The position numbers and the translations under genes were made by a program. A DNA stretch of 64,000 nucleotides, from NCBI GenBank assembly GCA_010093605.1, contig MU004199.1, positions 434,001 to 498,000 on the forward strand, given 5' to 3'. Every line of letters begins with the position of its first letter. Positions within the stretch are counted from its first letter, which is position 1. The notes beneath the pieces are model-generated. The model saw nothing but the letters and a program-made list of their open reading frames with translations, was not told the origin of the DNA and did not search any database. Source of the stretch: Lophium mytilinum. Its lineage: Eukaryota. Shown here piece after piece: positions 11,800-24,542 of this stretch.

Positions 11800-12971
11800 T
11801 CACAGACACTGCGAGTAGAAGTCGCTTGACTTCGTGCATGTCGAACCACTCGCACAAATCGTGCATCCGCTGTACGTACTACCTCCGCACTGGCCGAATT
11901 TCACGACTGCTGCGCACGCGGCTGCTGAGCTCGCCACTGCGGCCGCCGAACTTGACTTCACCGCCGTTGCGAGCGTTGTATGAGCTGCTGAAGAGGCGGC
12001 ACCACCTGTACCCCCAGTACCCGCACCACCGTTGCCAGCACCACTGCCCGGCCACACGGATGGTCCGGGGATAGTGTATGTAGTTGCAGTCATAGCGGAC
12101 GGGGAGTCGATGTTGAAGTCTAGACCAGGGTCGCTGGCGCTGTAGGCACCGGGGAAAGCAACAAGGTAGGAGGAGTCGGGCGAGGCGGTACCGGCGCCTG
12201 TCACGATGAGTTGAGCGCATTCGGGATAGACTATGTTGTCATTGTTAGCAGATGTAGGTATGAGGTTATGATAGGATGAGCACGGACGTTGTGGGTTGTT
12301 TGCTTGATGGACAGCGATCAGTTCATGCCGGATGAGGTATTCGCCTGGAGTAAGAGATGCGGGGACTGTCGTCGTCCAGTTCAGGGTATCTGTGATTTGG
12401 TCGCCAGCCCATATGCCAGCATTTTGGGTGCCGCTTATCAGGCCGGCTTGATCGATTTTGAACTGGGCTAGATTAGAGATCGGTTATGGCATTGGAGGGA
12501 TGCATACAAACCCAGACGGTTCCGGAGCCATCCCAAGAGTTGCAGCCCGCAGCTGGACATTTCGCTAGATAGACAAGCACGGAGGCAGGCCTATGTGTCC
12601 ACTGCGTCCAGTGCGCGAGTATTGTATCTCCTGCTTTGACGGTTGCGGAGACGCCGGTTCCAGTTAGGCCAGGGTTGTTGCATCTGAGGTTTACAGTCGT
12701 GAGGTCGGCAAGAAGAAGCGGGTTGTATCCGGGGTATTGGCGCTCGATGGATACCTGGCCGTCAGCTGAGTTGTAGGGTTGCCAACTGAAGAGATATTAG
12801 CTAGTGTTAAAGTAGAAAGGCGAGGGAGCGGAGGAACGAAGACAGAAGAACACAAGAGATGACGTACCCATCGTACTCCTTTCCCTCCATTGTGTAAACC
12901 CCAACGCCGCCATGCGCACTTGCTAGGCTCACCAGTGCCGCAATAGTCGCGAACGCAAGGCGGAGGACCAT
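11800..12971 (-). CDS. AA9 (GH61) lytic polysaccharide monooxygenase with C-terminal CBM1
   Basis: Signal peptide MVLRLAFATIAALVSLASA followed by an N-terminal His (HGGV). Motifs WTHRPA, GEYLIRHELIAVHQANNPQ and YPECAQL, then a G/A/S/T linker and CBM1 (GQCGGSTYSGCTICASGSTCTKSSDFYSQCL). Three short introns. Confidence 0.95.
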
Positions 12972-15455
12972 GATGGCAGTTTTTGAGTCGTGACTATTGT
13001 AGGTTCTACTTATTTGTTTCCTTCCTTGGTCGTTGACCTAATGAACTAAGAATTGTATGGAAAGTAAAGACTCAAAGGCAGAAGTCCAACTCGGAAGCAA
13101 ATCGTCCAAGAGCTCAGGTTCCAAGCCTGTTTATATACCTCCAAGCACCCGTTGTTCACCTCGGCTGACGTTCAAAAATTGAATCTACCCGTGATGCACC
13201 CCGGGTATTGGCGTCGCGTTTCCCAGCCTGAAACGTCCCTTGGCATCAAAGCTTCGCGCCCAACTACCGACAGGTCCCGGGTTTGATTATTCTCCAGGAA
13301 CCATCTAGTCAAGCTTTCAGCATACCACTATATGGCGGGCGACTTTCCACCAGGGGCGTCCAATAAGGTTCTCGAAGTGTGAGGCATGGAACGGCGAATC
13401 AGTCGGTCCGGCGGGCGAGGTTTCCGGCAGGGATGAGAGGCGAGATGAAGAAGCCGGGGTCACGATGTGCGGAGGTGTGATCTCCGCGTAGTTTCGGATG
13501 CGCTTGGGAGGGCGATGATGGAGAAGAGTCAGCACCAGAGGTAGTGGTGTATGGGATGTATAACAAAGTGTCTTTGGTATATTGTTTAGTATGAAGAGGA
13601 TTTGTAGTGAATTGTGCTTAAATTCGTCCATGAAGCGTGAGGAAAACCCGAAAGTAACAAACCCTTACCATGAGAGTACAAACGTCTGTGTGACTTACCT
13701 GAGCTCCAAGTTTCTCGCCAGCTACAGCAAAATTCTTGTCCTCGACAGGCGTTGAATGCAAACATGAAACAGGTGCGGGAGTAAGAATCTTGCGTCGGGA
13801 TACGGACCGTTTCTAATATAAACACCATATATTGCGGGGCACCCACCACTCAATATCCCAGACGCCTCTCAGACGACCACTTCATCTCGCGTTCATCAGT
13901 CTCCCATGCCAATAGCGGAAAATCGATATCATGAAACGTGGCAAAGGCCGGAAAAACCTGGAGACGTGTATCGGGCTCTGATAGACAAGTTGTGCGCCTA
14001 GTCCTGCGTCCATAAAGTTTGTTGGCAATTGCGAAGCAGCTCCGGTAGACTTATCACAACCCGGAGAGCCACCTCTAGGTCTTTGGCAAGTCCCTAGATC
14101 GAAACTGTCAGGTAGCCTCTCTCTAGCTCGGTGGCCGTAGACTTGTTGGCCTTAATGTAGATAGGCTGGGGGTGCAGGATGCCCATGAATCTCCGCAGCT
14201 CGCTACCGGGCCAGGTGCTCTTATAGACAATATCAATGGTGTTAAGGTTAATGCGGGTGTAGTGTGCGCATGTCTAGACCTAAAGGTGGCGGATATTCTA
14301 GTTCTTTGGGGCCGGGAAGCCTAGTTCGTCCGCTAGAAGCCAGATTTTGGCAAGAAATATGGACAGGACGTCTGGCGCGTTCTTGGTCTTCTCAAAGCGG
14401 TCGTGCTTGTAGAGCCACTTCACAAGCACTCCTAGGGTCTGTTAATCTTTGTCTAGAAGCCTAGCGTATATTGTATTCATAAGCGCGTTTTTCTGAGGTC
14501 ATCAAAGGCTGCAATGATGACGGGGACGCGGAAGGCTGCTGGCGTCGCTCGAGACGCGAAAGTCGATCGAGTCCCATCCGCAGTGGCCACTTATCGATCT
14601 CAATCGCATCTCTCAGGACTCCTTGAGATGAGGAGCAACTTATCGAAGCCTGATTGATGAAGTATCGTGGTAGATGACAGCAAGGGCTTTCGGATGTTGG
14701 TAGGCGGGACGCATAGTTTTGCGCCCTCTTAACGAGTTATTTTGAATCCCTCTTCTTTCGTCCAATCTCTTAACTCGCACTTGGAAGAGTGGCCGGGCCG
14801 AATCCTCGAATCGTGCTCTGGTGCATCGTCTTGAAAGCTTACGCATAAGGTCATGTAGGCCCCAAGGACGGCGGCGTGAATCGGATGGGATACACGTGCG
14901 GATGCATGTAGAAGTGAGTGCTCAGAAGAAGCCCTCTGATTCCTCCGGCCCCAGATAGAAGGTGGTGAATGCATAGGGTGGAGGGGTGGAGATACACTCG
15001 AAAAGGGGCGGGGGTAGTTTTCCTGCCCTAGAAAGCAGTGACGGGCTTTGAGCAGACGTCAAAAGACAATTGAGCGAAGAATAGTGGCTCAAGAGATGCG
15101 AATAAGGCCAAAATCGGTGTCAAGGTAGATGAGGATGTAGATAAGTAAGGCAGGGAGGATCGTGAGGCGCTGGTTGGTGTTGAGCTAGCCCCCCCGGGAT
15201 CGGCGGTCGGCGGAATTAATCAGTGATGATGCTGCCATCCGGGCTCGGCAAAGACGCGCGACGATAATCAGACTCGACTTCTTCGCCTCTCCAACTTCAC
15301 CACCACCACCCTCCTCTGCATTGCCCTCTCTGCACACAGCCATCTCCTGTGCAGAAGGCGTCCCCTCTTTCTTCAAGGCCAACGAGGCAGCCGAGATCCT
15401 CACGACACCGGGTTTCTCTTGCCACCCCCGGCCAGATTTCAAATCATCCTTCAGC

Positions 15456-18400
15456 ATGCTCTGCGGCCAGCGACAAACATGGCGGGCAGCTCTGCAGCAC
15501 GCATCGCGGACCTCATATAGACAGCAGCTTTCATCCTCATCACCGGTGCACTGCGCTCGTCGCCTATATAGCATTTCTCCGGCCCAGTACTCGACTCCCT
15601 TGGAGCGGTGCCGCCTCGTACCCTCGAGCCTCAACAACACACGCAACTTCTCCTCGAGCGCGACATGGCGGAAGGACAAGTCAACCAAGCCACCGCCAGA
15701 TGTCCCAGAGTCTGACGAGGTCAAGGAGGCAGAGGAAGATGGGAAGGACAACACAGAGCCAGAGGCCAGGGAGCGCAAGGACTTGGAGAAGAGCACTGAT
15801 GCCAAAAGCAAGACCCCAGATCCGATTCCTTCGTCAAAGTCTGCCGAGGGCAAGAGTGCAACAGCTGGAGGCAATGGTGCTGAGTCTGGTGCTACTGGAG
15901 AAGGCGGCGCAAAGCGGCGGAGGGCAGCAGCCGACAAAGCAGTCGCCAAACCATCACCTCCCGAAGTCTATCCACAAGTCATGGCCATTCCAATCACAAA
16001 GCGTCCCATGTTTCCGGGTTTCTACAAAGCCATCACCATCAAGAATCGCGAGGTAGCAAAGGCCTTGTCGGATATGATGAGCAGAGGACAACCATACATT
16101 GGAGCTTTCATGTTCAAGGATGACAACGCGGACAAGGACACAATCAACAGTCCGGATGAGATCTACGACGTCGGCACTTTCTGCCAAATCACCAGTCTCT
16201 TCACTGTCCCGGCGGGCCAAAACAGCGAAGCGGCGACTACAGCAGTCCTCTACCCTCACCGGCGAATCAAGATGACATCTCTGATTAAGCCGAACTACAC
16301 TGGCTCGAAGGAGGGTGATACTAGCAAGGTTGAAGTTGCCGCGATTAAGGCGACATTGGAAGAGTCGACGGAGAAGGCACAGGATGAACCGGCAGAGGAG
16401 AAGAAGCCAGAGTCAGAGGATAACAAGGGCGACGTTGTTGCAAGCTTCGAAGAGACTGCCGCAGACTCGCAGAAGTTGGAGAAGCCAGACTTCTACTACG
16501 AGCCGACAGCTTTCCTTCGAGAACGGCCAGTGACTCTCATCAATGTGGAGAACATCCCGGAGCAGCCATACGAGAGGACCAACATGCAGATCCGTGCTCT
16601 TGTCAGCGAGATTGTCAACACCTTCAAGGAGGTAGCTAACCTCAACAATCTCTTCCGCGACCAGGTGTCAGCATTCAGCAACAGTCAGAACTCGGGCAAT
16701 GTCGGAGAGGAGCCTGGAAAGCTAGCAGATTTCGCAGCATCAGTCGCACAGGCTGAATCTGCCGAGCTACAGGAGATCATGGACGAAGAAGACATGCAGA
16801 CCCGTCTCACCAAGGCTCTCACTGCATTGAAGAAGGAGCTCATGAATGCTCAGCTGCAGAAGAAGATCGTATCGGATGTCGAGAGCAAGATCCACAAGAA
16901 ACAGCGAGAATACTGGCTGATGGAGCAGATGAAGGGCATCAAGCGCGAGCTTGGTCTGGAGTCTGATGGAAAGGAGAAACTGATTCAGACTTTCCAGGAG
17001 AAGGCCAATCGACTATCCATGCCCGAGGCGGTCAAGAAGGTGTTCGACGAGGAGCTCAGCAAGCTCGCACACTTGGAACAAGCCGCATCAGAGTTCAACG
17101 TCACTCGCAATTACCTCGACTGGCTCACACAGATGCCATGGGGTCAACGTAGCGCTGAGAATTTCGGAATCAAGCATGCCATGACCGTTCTCGACGAAGA
17201 TCACTACGGACTCAAGGACGTCAAGGATCGGATTCTGGAATTCATCGCCGTCGGTAAGCTCCGTGGCACTGTCGAGGGTAAGATTCTTTGCATGGTCGGA
17301 CCTCCAGGTGTTGGCAAAACAAGTATCGGCAAGTCGATTGCGAGGGCTCTCGGCAGGCAGTACTACAGGTTCAGTGTAGGTGGCCTTGCTGATGTAGCTG
17401 AGATCAAGGGACACCGGAGAACCTATGTCGGTGCCTTGCCAGGAAGAATCATTCAAGCTCTCAAGAAGGTCCAAACTGAGAATCCACTCATTCTCATTGA
17501 TGAAGTCGACAAAATCGGCAAGGTAGCACATCCTCAACCCCTGCGCCGTCACCCTTTACTAAACATTCGTCAGGGCCACAACGGAGATCCATCATCCGCA
17601 CTGCTGGAACTCCTCGATCCCGAGCAGAACAATTCTTTCCTTGACCACTACATGGACGTCCCAGTGGATCTGTCCAAGGTACTGTTTGTGTGTACGGCTA
17701 ACATGACTGATACCATTCCTCGCCCGCTATTGGACCGCATGGAATTGATTGAGCTCTCTGGATACGTCGCCGACGAAAAGATGGCTATCGCTGACCGATA
17801 TCTTGCTCCCGCTGCCAAACAGCTCAGCGGGCTCGACGGTGTTGACGTACAGCTCGAAAACTCCGCCATCGTGGAACTGATCAACAAGTACTGCCGTGAA
17901 AGCGGTGTCCGAAACCTCAAGAAGCAAATCGAGAAGGTATACCGGAAAGCGTCGTTGAAGATCGTACAGGACATTGGCGAAGACGACGTTCTCTCAGAAG
18001 CCAAGGCCTTGACAGAGGAAGGTAAGGCCGCACAAGAGGAAGCTGCGAAAGACGAGACCGACGTGAACGAAACATCCCAAAACATCGCCAACGAGACTAC
18101 CGAGATTCCCCGCATCGCTCTGAAGGTTCCCGACTCCGTCCATGTATCCATCACCAAAGACAACCTCGCAGACTACGTCGGCCCTCCCGTCTTCACCTCG
18201 GACCGCATCTACGAGACCACCCCTCCCGGAGTCGCAATGGGTCTCGCCTGGACCCAGATGGGCGGCGCCGCTCTCTACGTCGAATCCATCATCGAGAACG
18301 CCCTCTCGTACTCCTCCCACCCGGGCCTCCAGCAAACCGGCAACCTCCGCCCCGTCATGAAGGAATCCGTCTCCATCGCCTACAGCTTCGCCAAAGGCGT

Positions 18401-18963
18401 CATCGCACGCGACTTCCCCAAGAACCGCTTCTTCGAGCACGCCCGCGTCCACCTGCACTGCCCGGAAGGCGCCGTGCCCAAAGACGGCCCGAGCGCTGGC
18501 ATCACTATGGCCACGAGCCTGCTCAGCCTCGCCATCAACGAGCCCCTCGACCCAACCATCGCCATGACCGGCGAGCTGACCGTTACGGGGAAGGTGCTGC
18601 GGATTGGTGGGCTGCGGGAGAAGACGGTCGCGGCGAGACGTGCTGGCGCTAAGATGATCATCTTCCCAGAGGATAATCTTAGCGACTGGCTGGAGTTGCC
18701 TGAGGTAAGCCTGAAGACTTTCAACCCCCTATCAGAGCCTGCAAACTAACACATAATAGAACATCAAAGCCGGCATCGCGGGCAAGCCTGTGGGCTGGTA
18801 CCGCGACGTTTTCGGCCTCGTGTTCCCGGGCCTGGATCGCGAGGCCGCGAACGCGCTGTGGAAGAAGGAGCTGAAGAAGCCCAAGGGGGCTTCTGCCCGG
18901 AAAGCGCTCCCGCAGCAGCAGGGGGAGGAGGCGGAGGTTGAGGAGGCGGAGGAGGAGGATTAG
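15456..18963 (+). CDS. PIM1: Mitochondrial Lon protease (Pim1/LonP1 homolog)
   Basis: Arg/Ser-rich presequence from the ATG at 15456. Walker A GPPGVGKTS, Walker B LIDEVDK, catalytic PKDGPSAG Ser and IGGLREK Lys. Introns at 17523-17573 and 18705-18759; stop at 18961-18963. Confidence 0.97.
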
Positions 18964-19179
18964 GTGGGTGGGTGGGTGAGGGGAGAGGGGTGTGGATGGG
19001 AGAGGAGAGCTTTGTATAATAGATAATGAGCCTAAATGGCAGCCGCTGTGGCGGCGGTTTTGACAACTGCATAGCACTGGCGTTGCCGCCCCTGGCCGGT
19101 GCGGGGGCGGTGTAGGTGGGGCTTGTATATAGCCTGGTTTGGGCCCCCCCAGGAGTGGGGGGAATAGGAATCATGCTTC

Positions 19180-20520
19180 TCTCTATTTGATTTTGATGTG
19201 TGGATGATGCTGTAAGGGATGTACGCTTGGGTCCTTAGGCTGCGAATGGCGATGTCAAAGGCTGGAGGTCTTGATTTGGGGAGGTGTATACCAGAATTTT
19301 TATTCGAGTCCTTATCACTCTCTATAGCGAGTGGCGTAGATATTATACATCTCCTGGTACACTTTTGATGTGCTGGTGACGCTGTGAGGGGTGTACATTG
19401 GGGTGTTTAGACTGTGGGCAGGATGTCAACGTTTGAAAGGCGTGATTTAGGGAAGAGTACACTAGGCTTTTGCGTTAAGAGCTAATTACTTTCCGTAGCG
19501 AGTAGCGTAGATAAGATGTATATCTGAGTACGCTTTGAACGTGCTGGTGACGCTGTAAGGGGTGGTCCTTTGGGTGGTTATGCTGTGAGGAGGATGTCAA
19601 GGGCTCGAGGACGTGAATCGTTACGGTGAAGAATGGAGTGTTGATAAAAGCCCACATTACTCTCCCGATGCTAGTGGCACAGATATAAAGAGGTTTCTAG
19701 TTGGCTTTTGATGTGCTAATGACGCTGTAAGGGGTGGTCCTTCGGGTGGTCAGGCTGCGAGGAGGATGTCAAGGGCTATATGAATTGGTACTGTGAAGGG
19801 GGGAGTCTTGATGAAAGCCTATATCCCTCTCTGTAGCAAGTAGCATAAATATTATGAGTCGGTCAAGAGGCGTTTGAGAAGCGGCTGGTGATGTTAGAGG
19901 TGCCCTAGAGTACTAAAGATCTTAAGGGGGGGATGTTAAGGGCTAGAGAACGTGATTCGGGGAGGTGTCAACTGAGATGTTGAATTAAGCTTTTATAGCT
20001 CAACACTGCGACTTCCGCAACTGTTTCCACTGTTCTGCTTCCCTCATGCCGCCGTTAGACTGGGCTCAACGTACCGTAAGTAATCAGGCAGTGATGTCAC
20101 GTTCCAAGACTTCTATACTAAGACTTGCTTGATCTTCCTTGACTTGGCCATGCATGGGCGGCCCCAGGGGCGATTAAGAGGGCCTGGGAGGACGTGAAAC
20201 GCACAGGAGCGTGATTCAAACTCTATCGCTCTCCGGAAACGAGGAGTAGAAAAGTTCTGCGTGTCTCAGTAGGCGTTTGATGTGTGGACAGTGATGTTAG
20301 AGGTACCCTGGAGTACTGAAGATTCCGAGGATAGGATGTCAAGGGCTGGAGGACGTGATTCGGGTAGTGTACGTTGGATTGCTAATTTGAGAGCTTATCA
20401 CTCTCCATAGGCGAGAGACCTAGAAATCATGCCTCTCTGAGTAGTGTTCTGATGCGGAGGTGGTGATGTTAGAGGTGCCCTCGTGCGTTTACTAACCGTA
20501 CAACGTAAAGATTTGAAGGG
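19180..20520. repeat. Degenerate ~172-bp tandem array (at least 7 units)
   Basis: The anchor ctgtRagggR recurs at 19210, 19382, 19553 and 19725 (spacings 172/171/172). The variant atgttagaggtRccc recurs at 19891, 20294 and 20466, and ggatgtcaagggct is also repeated. Confidence 0.85.
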
Positions 20521-21202
20521 TGCGATTCAGAGCGGTCACACATGAAGGTGTTGAGATCGTTGCGGAAGAGCTAACTCATTGCGTTGTATGGTATTATCTT
20601 TCTGGGTTCGGGCGTGCGTTGCTGATGTCTATAAGAGGTCAGCGGGTCAAACGTCTAGAAAAAGAGGCAGCTGAAAGATGCGATCTGTGCGGTCGCGGTC
20701 TGCCAATAAAAGGATATTAGCCGTTCCTGAATTCCTTATGGGGGTCCAGAATCATGGTGCTGGATTTCTACTTCGCTTCTAGATAAATGATGATAGGCCG
20801 GGGTAAGGCAGACGGTGGCACCTCGATAGCAAATAGATAGATCTGATCTATCCGTTTGAAGGCTGGTAGCAATGAGATGTAAATCATGAGTCCATTACTC
20901 CCACCGGAACCGTTAGCCTAGATCGGTAGTCCTGGATTATTACATCGCTTCCAGGTAAATAACGATAGGCCAGGACAAGTCAGACAGTCACACCCCAATA
21001 GCAAATAGACAAATCCACCCCCTCCGTTTGAACAGCACCAGAAACCCGATCTCCCCTCCATCTTCACCCTCGCCTCGCCACGCCACGCCGACCGCCACGC
21101 ACCCTCCAAACGCCCTCGCAAACGCCCACCCAACACCCCCCCGATCCCGCACCACCACCACCACCTCTCCAACCCACTACAAATACCCCAACAACCGCCA
21201 CA

Positions 21203-21796
21203 ATGTGTAAGTCCCCATCCCACCCCCAGCATGTCCGGCCGCCCACCCGTCCGCCCCAAGCCCATCCCACCCCACCCCATCCAACCACGTCCGCTAACGC
21301 CCAAGGGACCCAACAAGCTCAAGATTCCGCTAATGGAAACACTATCAACCAACGCGCGGCCCTCCAAGTTGGAGAAGGAGGAGCCGAAGCCCAAGCCGCC
21401 GCCGCCGCCGACGGTGCCGGGGGGGCCAAGGGCTGGGCGGGGGAGGTTGTAGATTTGCAGGGGCCGGATAGCGAGGGGGGAGAGGGGGATGAAGAGGAAG
21501 AAGAGGACGACGACGAGTTCGAGGCGAGCGACTGGGAGGGCGTTGAGGGAGAAGAAGAGGACGGAGAGGGCGGTGAAGAAGCGGAACAAGGAGGAAAAGG
21601 GGACGCAGCGGGCGAGACGGCGAGGCAGAGGTGGTACAATTGCTGTCGGTGCAGGCGGATCAAGAGCGTGCATGGCCGTGACTGGGACCTCTTCTTCAAG
21701 GCCGACGAGGAGTGTCCGAGGTGCGGGCATTTGGGCTGCTTTGAGTGCGGGGAGTCTTTCGGTGTTGAGGGGGAGGGTGAAGACAAAGAGGAGTAG
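21203..21796 (+). CDS. Small acidic protein with C-terminal CCxC...CxxCxHxxCxxC zinc-ribbon motif
   Basis: ATGT|GTAAGT...GCTAAC...AAG defines a 99-nt in-frame intron at 21207-21305 (spliced N-terminus MWTQQAQD). C-terminus WYNCCRC...CPRCGHLGCFEC. Confidence 0.65.
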   Translation: MCKSPSHPQHVRPPTRPPQAHPTPPHPTTSANAQGTQQAQDSANGNTINQRAALQVGEGGAEAQAAAAADGAGGAKGWAGEVVDLQGPDSEGGEGDEEEEEDDDEFEASDWEGVEGEEEDGEGGEEAEQGGKGDAAGETARQRWYNCCRCRRIKSVHGRDWDLFFKADEECPRCGHLGCFECGESFGVEGEGEDKEE

Positions 21797-22001
21797 ATGG
21801 GGGAGAACATGCGGATGAAGAGGGAGATGAAGGACGAATAGCTAGAGAGAGGGCGGAATGGGAGACGGAGATGGCGGTACGGACTTGTGGAACGGCAGGA
21901 TTCAACATCTGCTGCCATAGACTACCTGCAAAGTTGATTGAGATAATGGAATTAACCTCTGTTCTACCCACTGCCACTCTTGTCATCCTACTTACTCCCC
22001 C

Positions 22002-22322
22002 TTATTCACTGAAGAACACTGGCGGACCGTTTCGCCAATCTGCCTCCTCTGCACCACCTCCCATTTCCCAGCTTTCAGTATCCGCAGTCCACTCGTCTTC
22101 CATGTCGTTGTCGTGCTGATCCTCCCACTGCTCGCCGTTGTCACCTTCCTCCGCAATATCTTCAGTAGCCCCAGCGGTCCACTGCTCACACTTCCCGCAC
22201 TCGATATGCGTGCAGATGACGCATGGTCCGCCCTTGGGGCGCCAGGCAGGAGATTTCGGGCCGGCGCATTTGCAGCAGTTGAAGTGGTTGGCATAGGAGG
22301 TCGAGGAGATATAGACGGGCAT
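22002..22322 (-). CDS. Small protein with CCxC...CxxCxHxxCxxC zinc-ribbon motif and acidic tail
   Basis: 106-aa ORF with FNCCKC...CVICTHIECGKC, the same Cys/His pattern as the convergent neighbour. Confidence 0.65.
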   Translation of the reverse strand: MPVYISSTSYANHFNCCKCAGPKSPAWRPKGGPCVICTHIECGKCEQWTAGATEDIAEEGDNGEQWEDQHDNDMEDEWTADTESWEMGGGAEEADWRNGPPVFFSE

Positions 22323-22867
22323 TTTATCGATTGATAGATTCGTAGGTTCGGATTGGGGGTTTCAAGTTTGGCAGTAGTCTGAGCTTCGGAGTCGTGCAAG
22401 AGATATGAGCAATACTCGGTATAGCTGATAGATGAAATTGCCGGTGGAGTGTGCCTGTGTATGAGTCTGAGAGTTTGACCATTTGGAGAGGGCGATATAT
22501 ACCAACCTGACCCCTACCCCCTCCTCCTTCGCACACGTCGAATACACGTAGCATACGCGAGCCACCGCATACTCGACCTTCACTCCACAGCTTCGCTGTC
22601 CTCGCCCTTCACCCTCCTCCTGCATGACTCACAATCGTGAAGTAGACTCTCGCGCAGCTCACATGACTCGCCCACACCTCTGACCTTCCCGCTCCCACGA
22701 CATCTCCAACTCCCGTCGCCGCCTTGTCCTCTCTTCCCCACCAACCCCAACTCTTCAGCGGTCTTCAAGACCCGCCACGCTGTTCCAAACCTCCACACGC
22801 ACAAACATCGCAGGCCGATCCCCATCTCAGAACCACAATCCAACCGCACCCAACCCTCCACCTCACC

Positions 22868-23434
22868 ATGGCCATCAAATCCTTCCTCCTCGGCCTCCTA
22901 ACCGGCTTCCTCCTCACCCTCGCCGGGTGCATCTTCATCCTCCTCTGGCTAAAACCCTACCTCACCGCCGGCAAGTCCGGCCTCCGAGTCTTCCGCAGCG
23001 TGCGCGGGCTCTGGCGGCGCCGTCCGCGCAACCCACCCCCCGATGTCGAATCCTCTTATCCAAATCCACAAACTTACCCCGTTCAACACCCCCCCAACGT
23101 CGCATTCGCACACCCGCAACACCCCAGCGCCGCATACCAACAACAGCCAAACAGCCAGCGCGCCTGGCACACCGTCGAGCTCCAAGCCGCCTCAGCCTTC
23201 TCCCATGCGCGCTCCCTCCAGCCACCGCGCCCTGTGTTCGGACTCCCGAAGCGCGCGAAGAACGATAGCGGACCGGAGAGCGCGCAGCGTGCGCGGAAGC
23301 CCGTTGCGCCACGACTGAATACAGATGTCGCGCCGGCCGCCACGCCGCCGCCGCTGCAGCGGGTACTTAGTAATGTGGAGTATCCGCGGCGGAGTCAGGA
23401 GAGCAGTAGGGGGGGTTTGGGGAAGGTTCAGTGA
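22868..23434 (+). CDS. Hypothetical protein with N-terminal transmembrane anchor and Pro/Gln-rich tail
   Basis: Good Kozak context (CACCATGG) and a hydrophobic segment FLLGLLTGFLLTLAGCIFILLWL followed by basic residues. Confidence 0.55.
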   Translation: MAIKSFLLGLLTGFLLTLAGCIFILLWLKPYLTAGKSGLRVFRSVRGLWRRRPRNPPPDVESSYPNPQTYPVQHPPNVAFAHPQHPSAAYQQQPNSQRAWHTVELQAASAFSHARSLQPPRPVFGLPKRAKNDSGPESAQRARKPVAPRLNTDVAPAATPPPLQRVLSNVEYPRRSQESSRGGLGKVQ

Positions 23435-24542
23435 TTTTTCTGTTTTTCTATTTGAGGGGTTGGGGGGGAGGGGAGTAATGGTAGAGGGAGGGGGCGGTTG
23501 TACGAGTATGCGGGGGACTTTTGGGAGGGAGGGTTGTGGTGTAGAGCGAGATTTTCCGGTCGCGGAGGGTTGATGATACTAGACGTGGTTCGTAGAGTAT
23601 ATGGCGGCGACGAGTAATCCTACGAACCCATCAGCGAGGTCCGTAATAAGCTTGATCACAGTACCTATCTCGTACCTTCAAACCCAAGTTTGTGAACCAT
23701 CGACAGCTACCTTCCACCTGCGACAACCCTCAAATGACCAAAATAATCCCTACTCCAATCAGCAAAATCACACACACAATCACGCACATCCAAAAAGCTC
23801 TCCAACACGCACAGCAAAAGAGTCTCCCATCTATACCCTCTCGCCCCTTACTACCTCACTAAAAGCCCTCAAATACGTAAATTACAACAAAATAAGCACC
23901 TCAATGCCTCGAAAAAAATGCCCAATAAATGCTTTACCCCCTCTTAACGCTTTGCACAATCATGATAATCGTAAACCGGCTGAACTCGGGAAAAGGGCAG
24001 AATGCAAAAACAGTAACACAAAACAAATGGAAAAGCACAGGCTAGAAAACGAGAATGTGGAAGTCAAAACACCCGAAAAATGATCCCCCTCCCAGCAGCG
24101 CTAAAGTGATGAATGAAAATTTCAAATATCCAAAATGGTTTATAAGGTTTTGGTAGTTTTTATACAGGGAGGTTGAAGGAGATGAATGTATGGGGGGTTG
24201 GTGTTGAATGTGGTGGGTATGTGGTGGAGGGACCCTGGTGGGTCTTTTCGAATGGTGGCGTGGAAGGTGGTGGTATTGGGTGATGCTTCAGAGGCCGCTG
24301 GGGTCGGGGACATGCCCAGCGTCGTGAGTGTTTCCTCGAGGGCGACGCTATAAAGCTGCTCTGATATGGCGAAGTCATTGAAGGCGGTGATTACTCCATG
24401 ACGACGACGGTAGCGCTCTCCTCGCCCTCCGTCGGCCAAGCGGCGCCTTTGCGAGGAAGCACATGACCCCGCCGCCGTAGCACAGGCCATGGTATAACGT
24501 GCTGCTAACTTCTTGTGTAGCAAAGCTTTCCTCGTTCTGCTT

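Noticed and set aside
13900..14980. CTAG-rich stretch with short ORFs, possibly a RIP-decayed gene or TE
   Set aside because: No recognisable protein motif or terminal repeats could be reconstructed by eye.
15321..15455. N-terminal extension of the Lon ORF from a TTG start
   Set aside because: Eukaryotic gene; the ATG at 15456 begins a typical mitochondrial presequence.
15185..18724. Long antisense or alternative-frame ORFs over Lon (and similarly over the kinase, RING, MFS and secreted-protein genes)
   Set aside because: These are shadows of GC-rich codon bias in real genes and carry no independent motifs.
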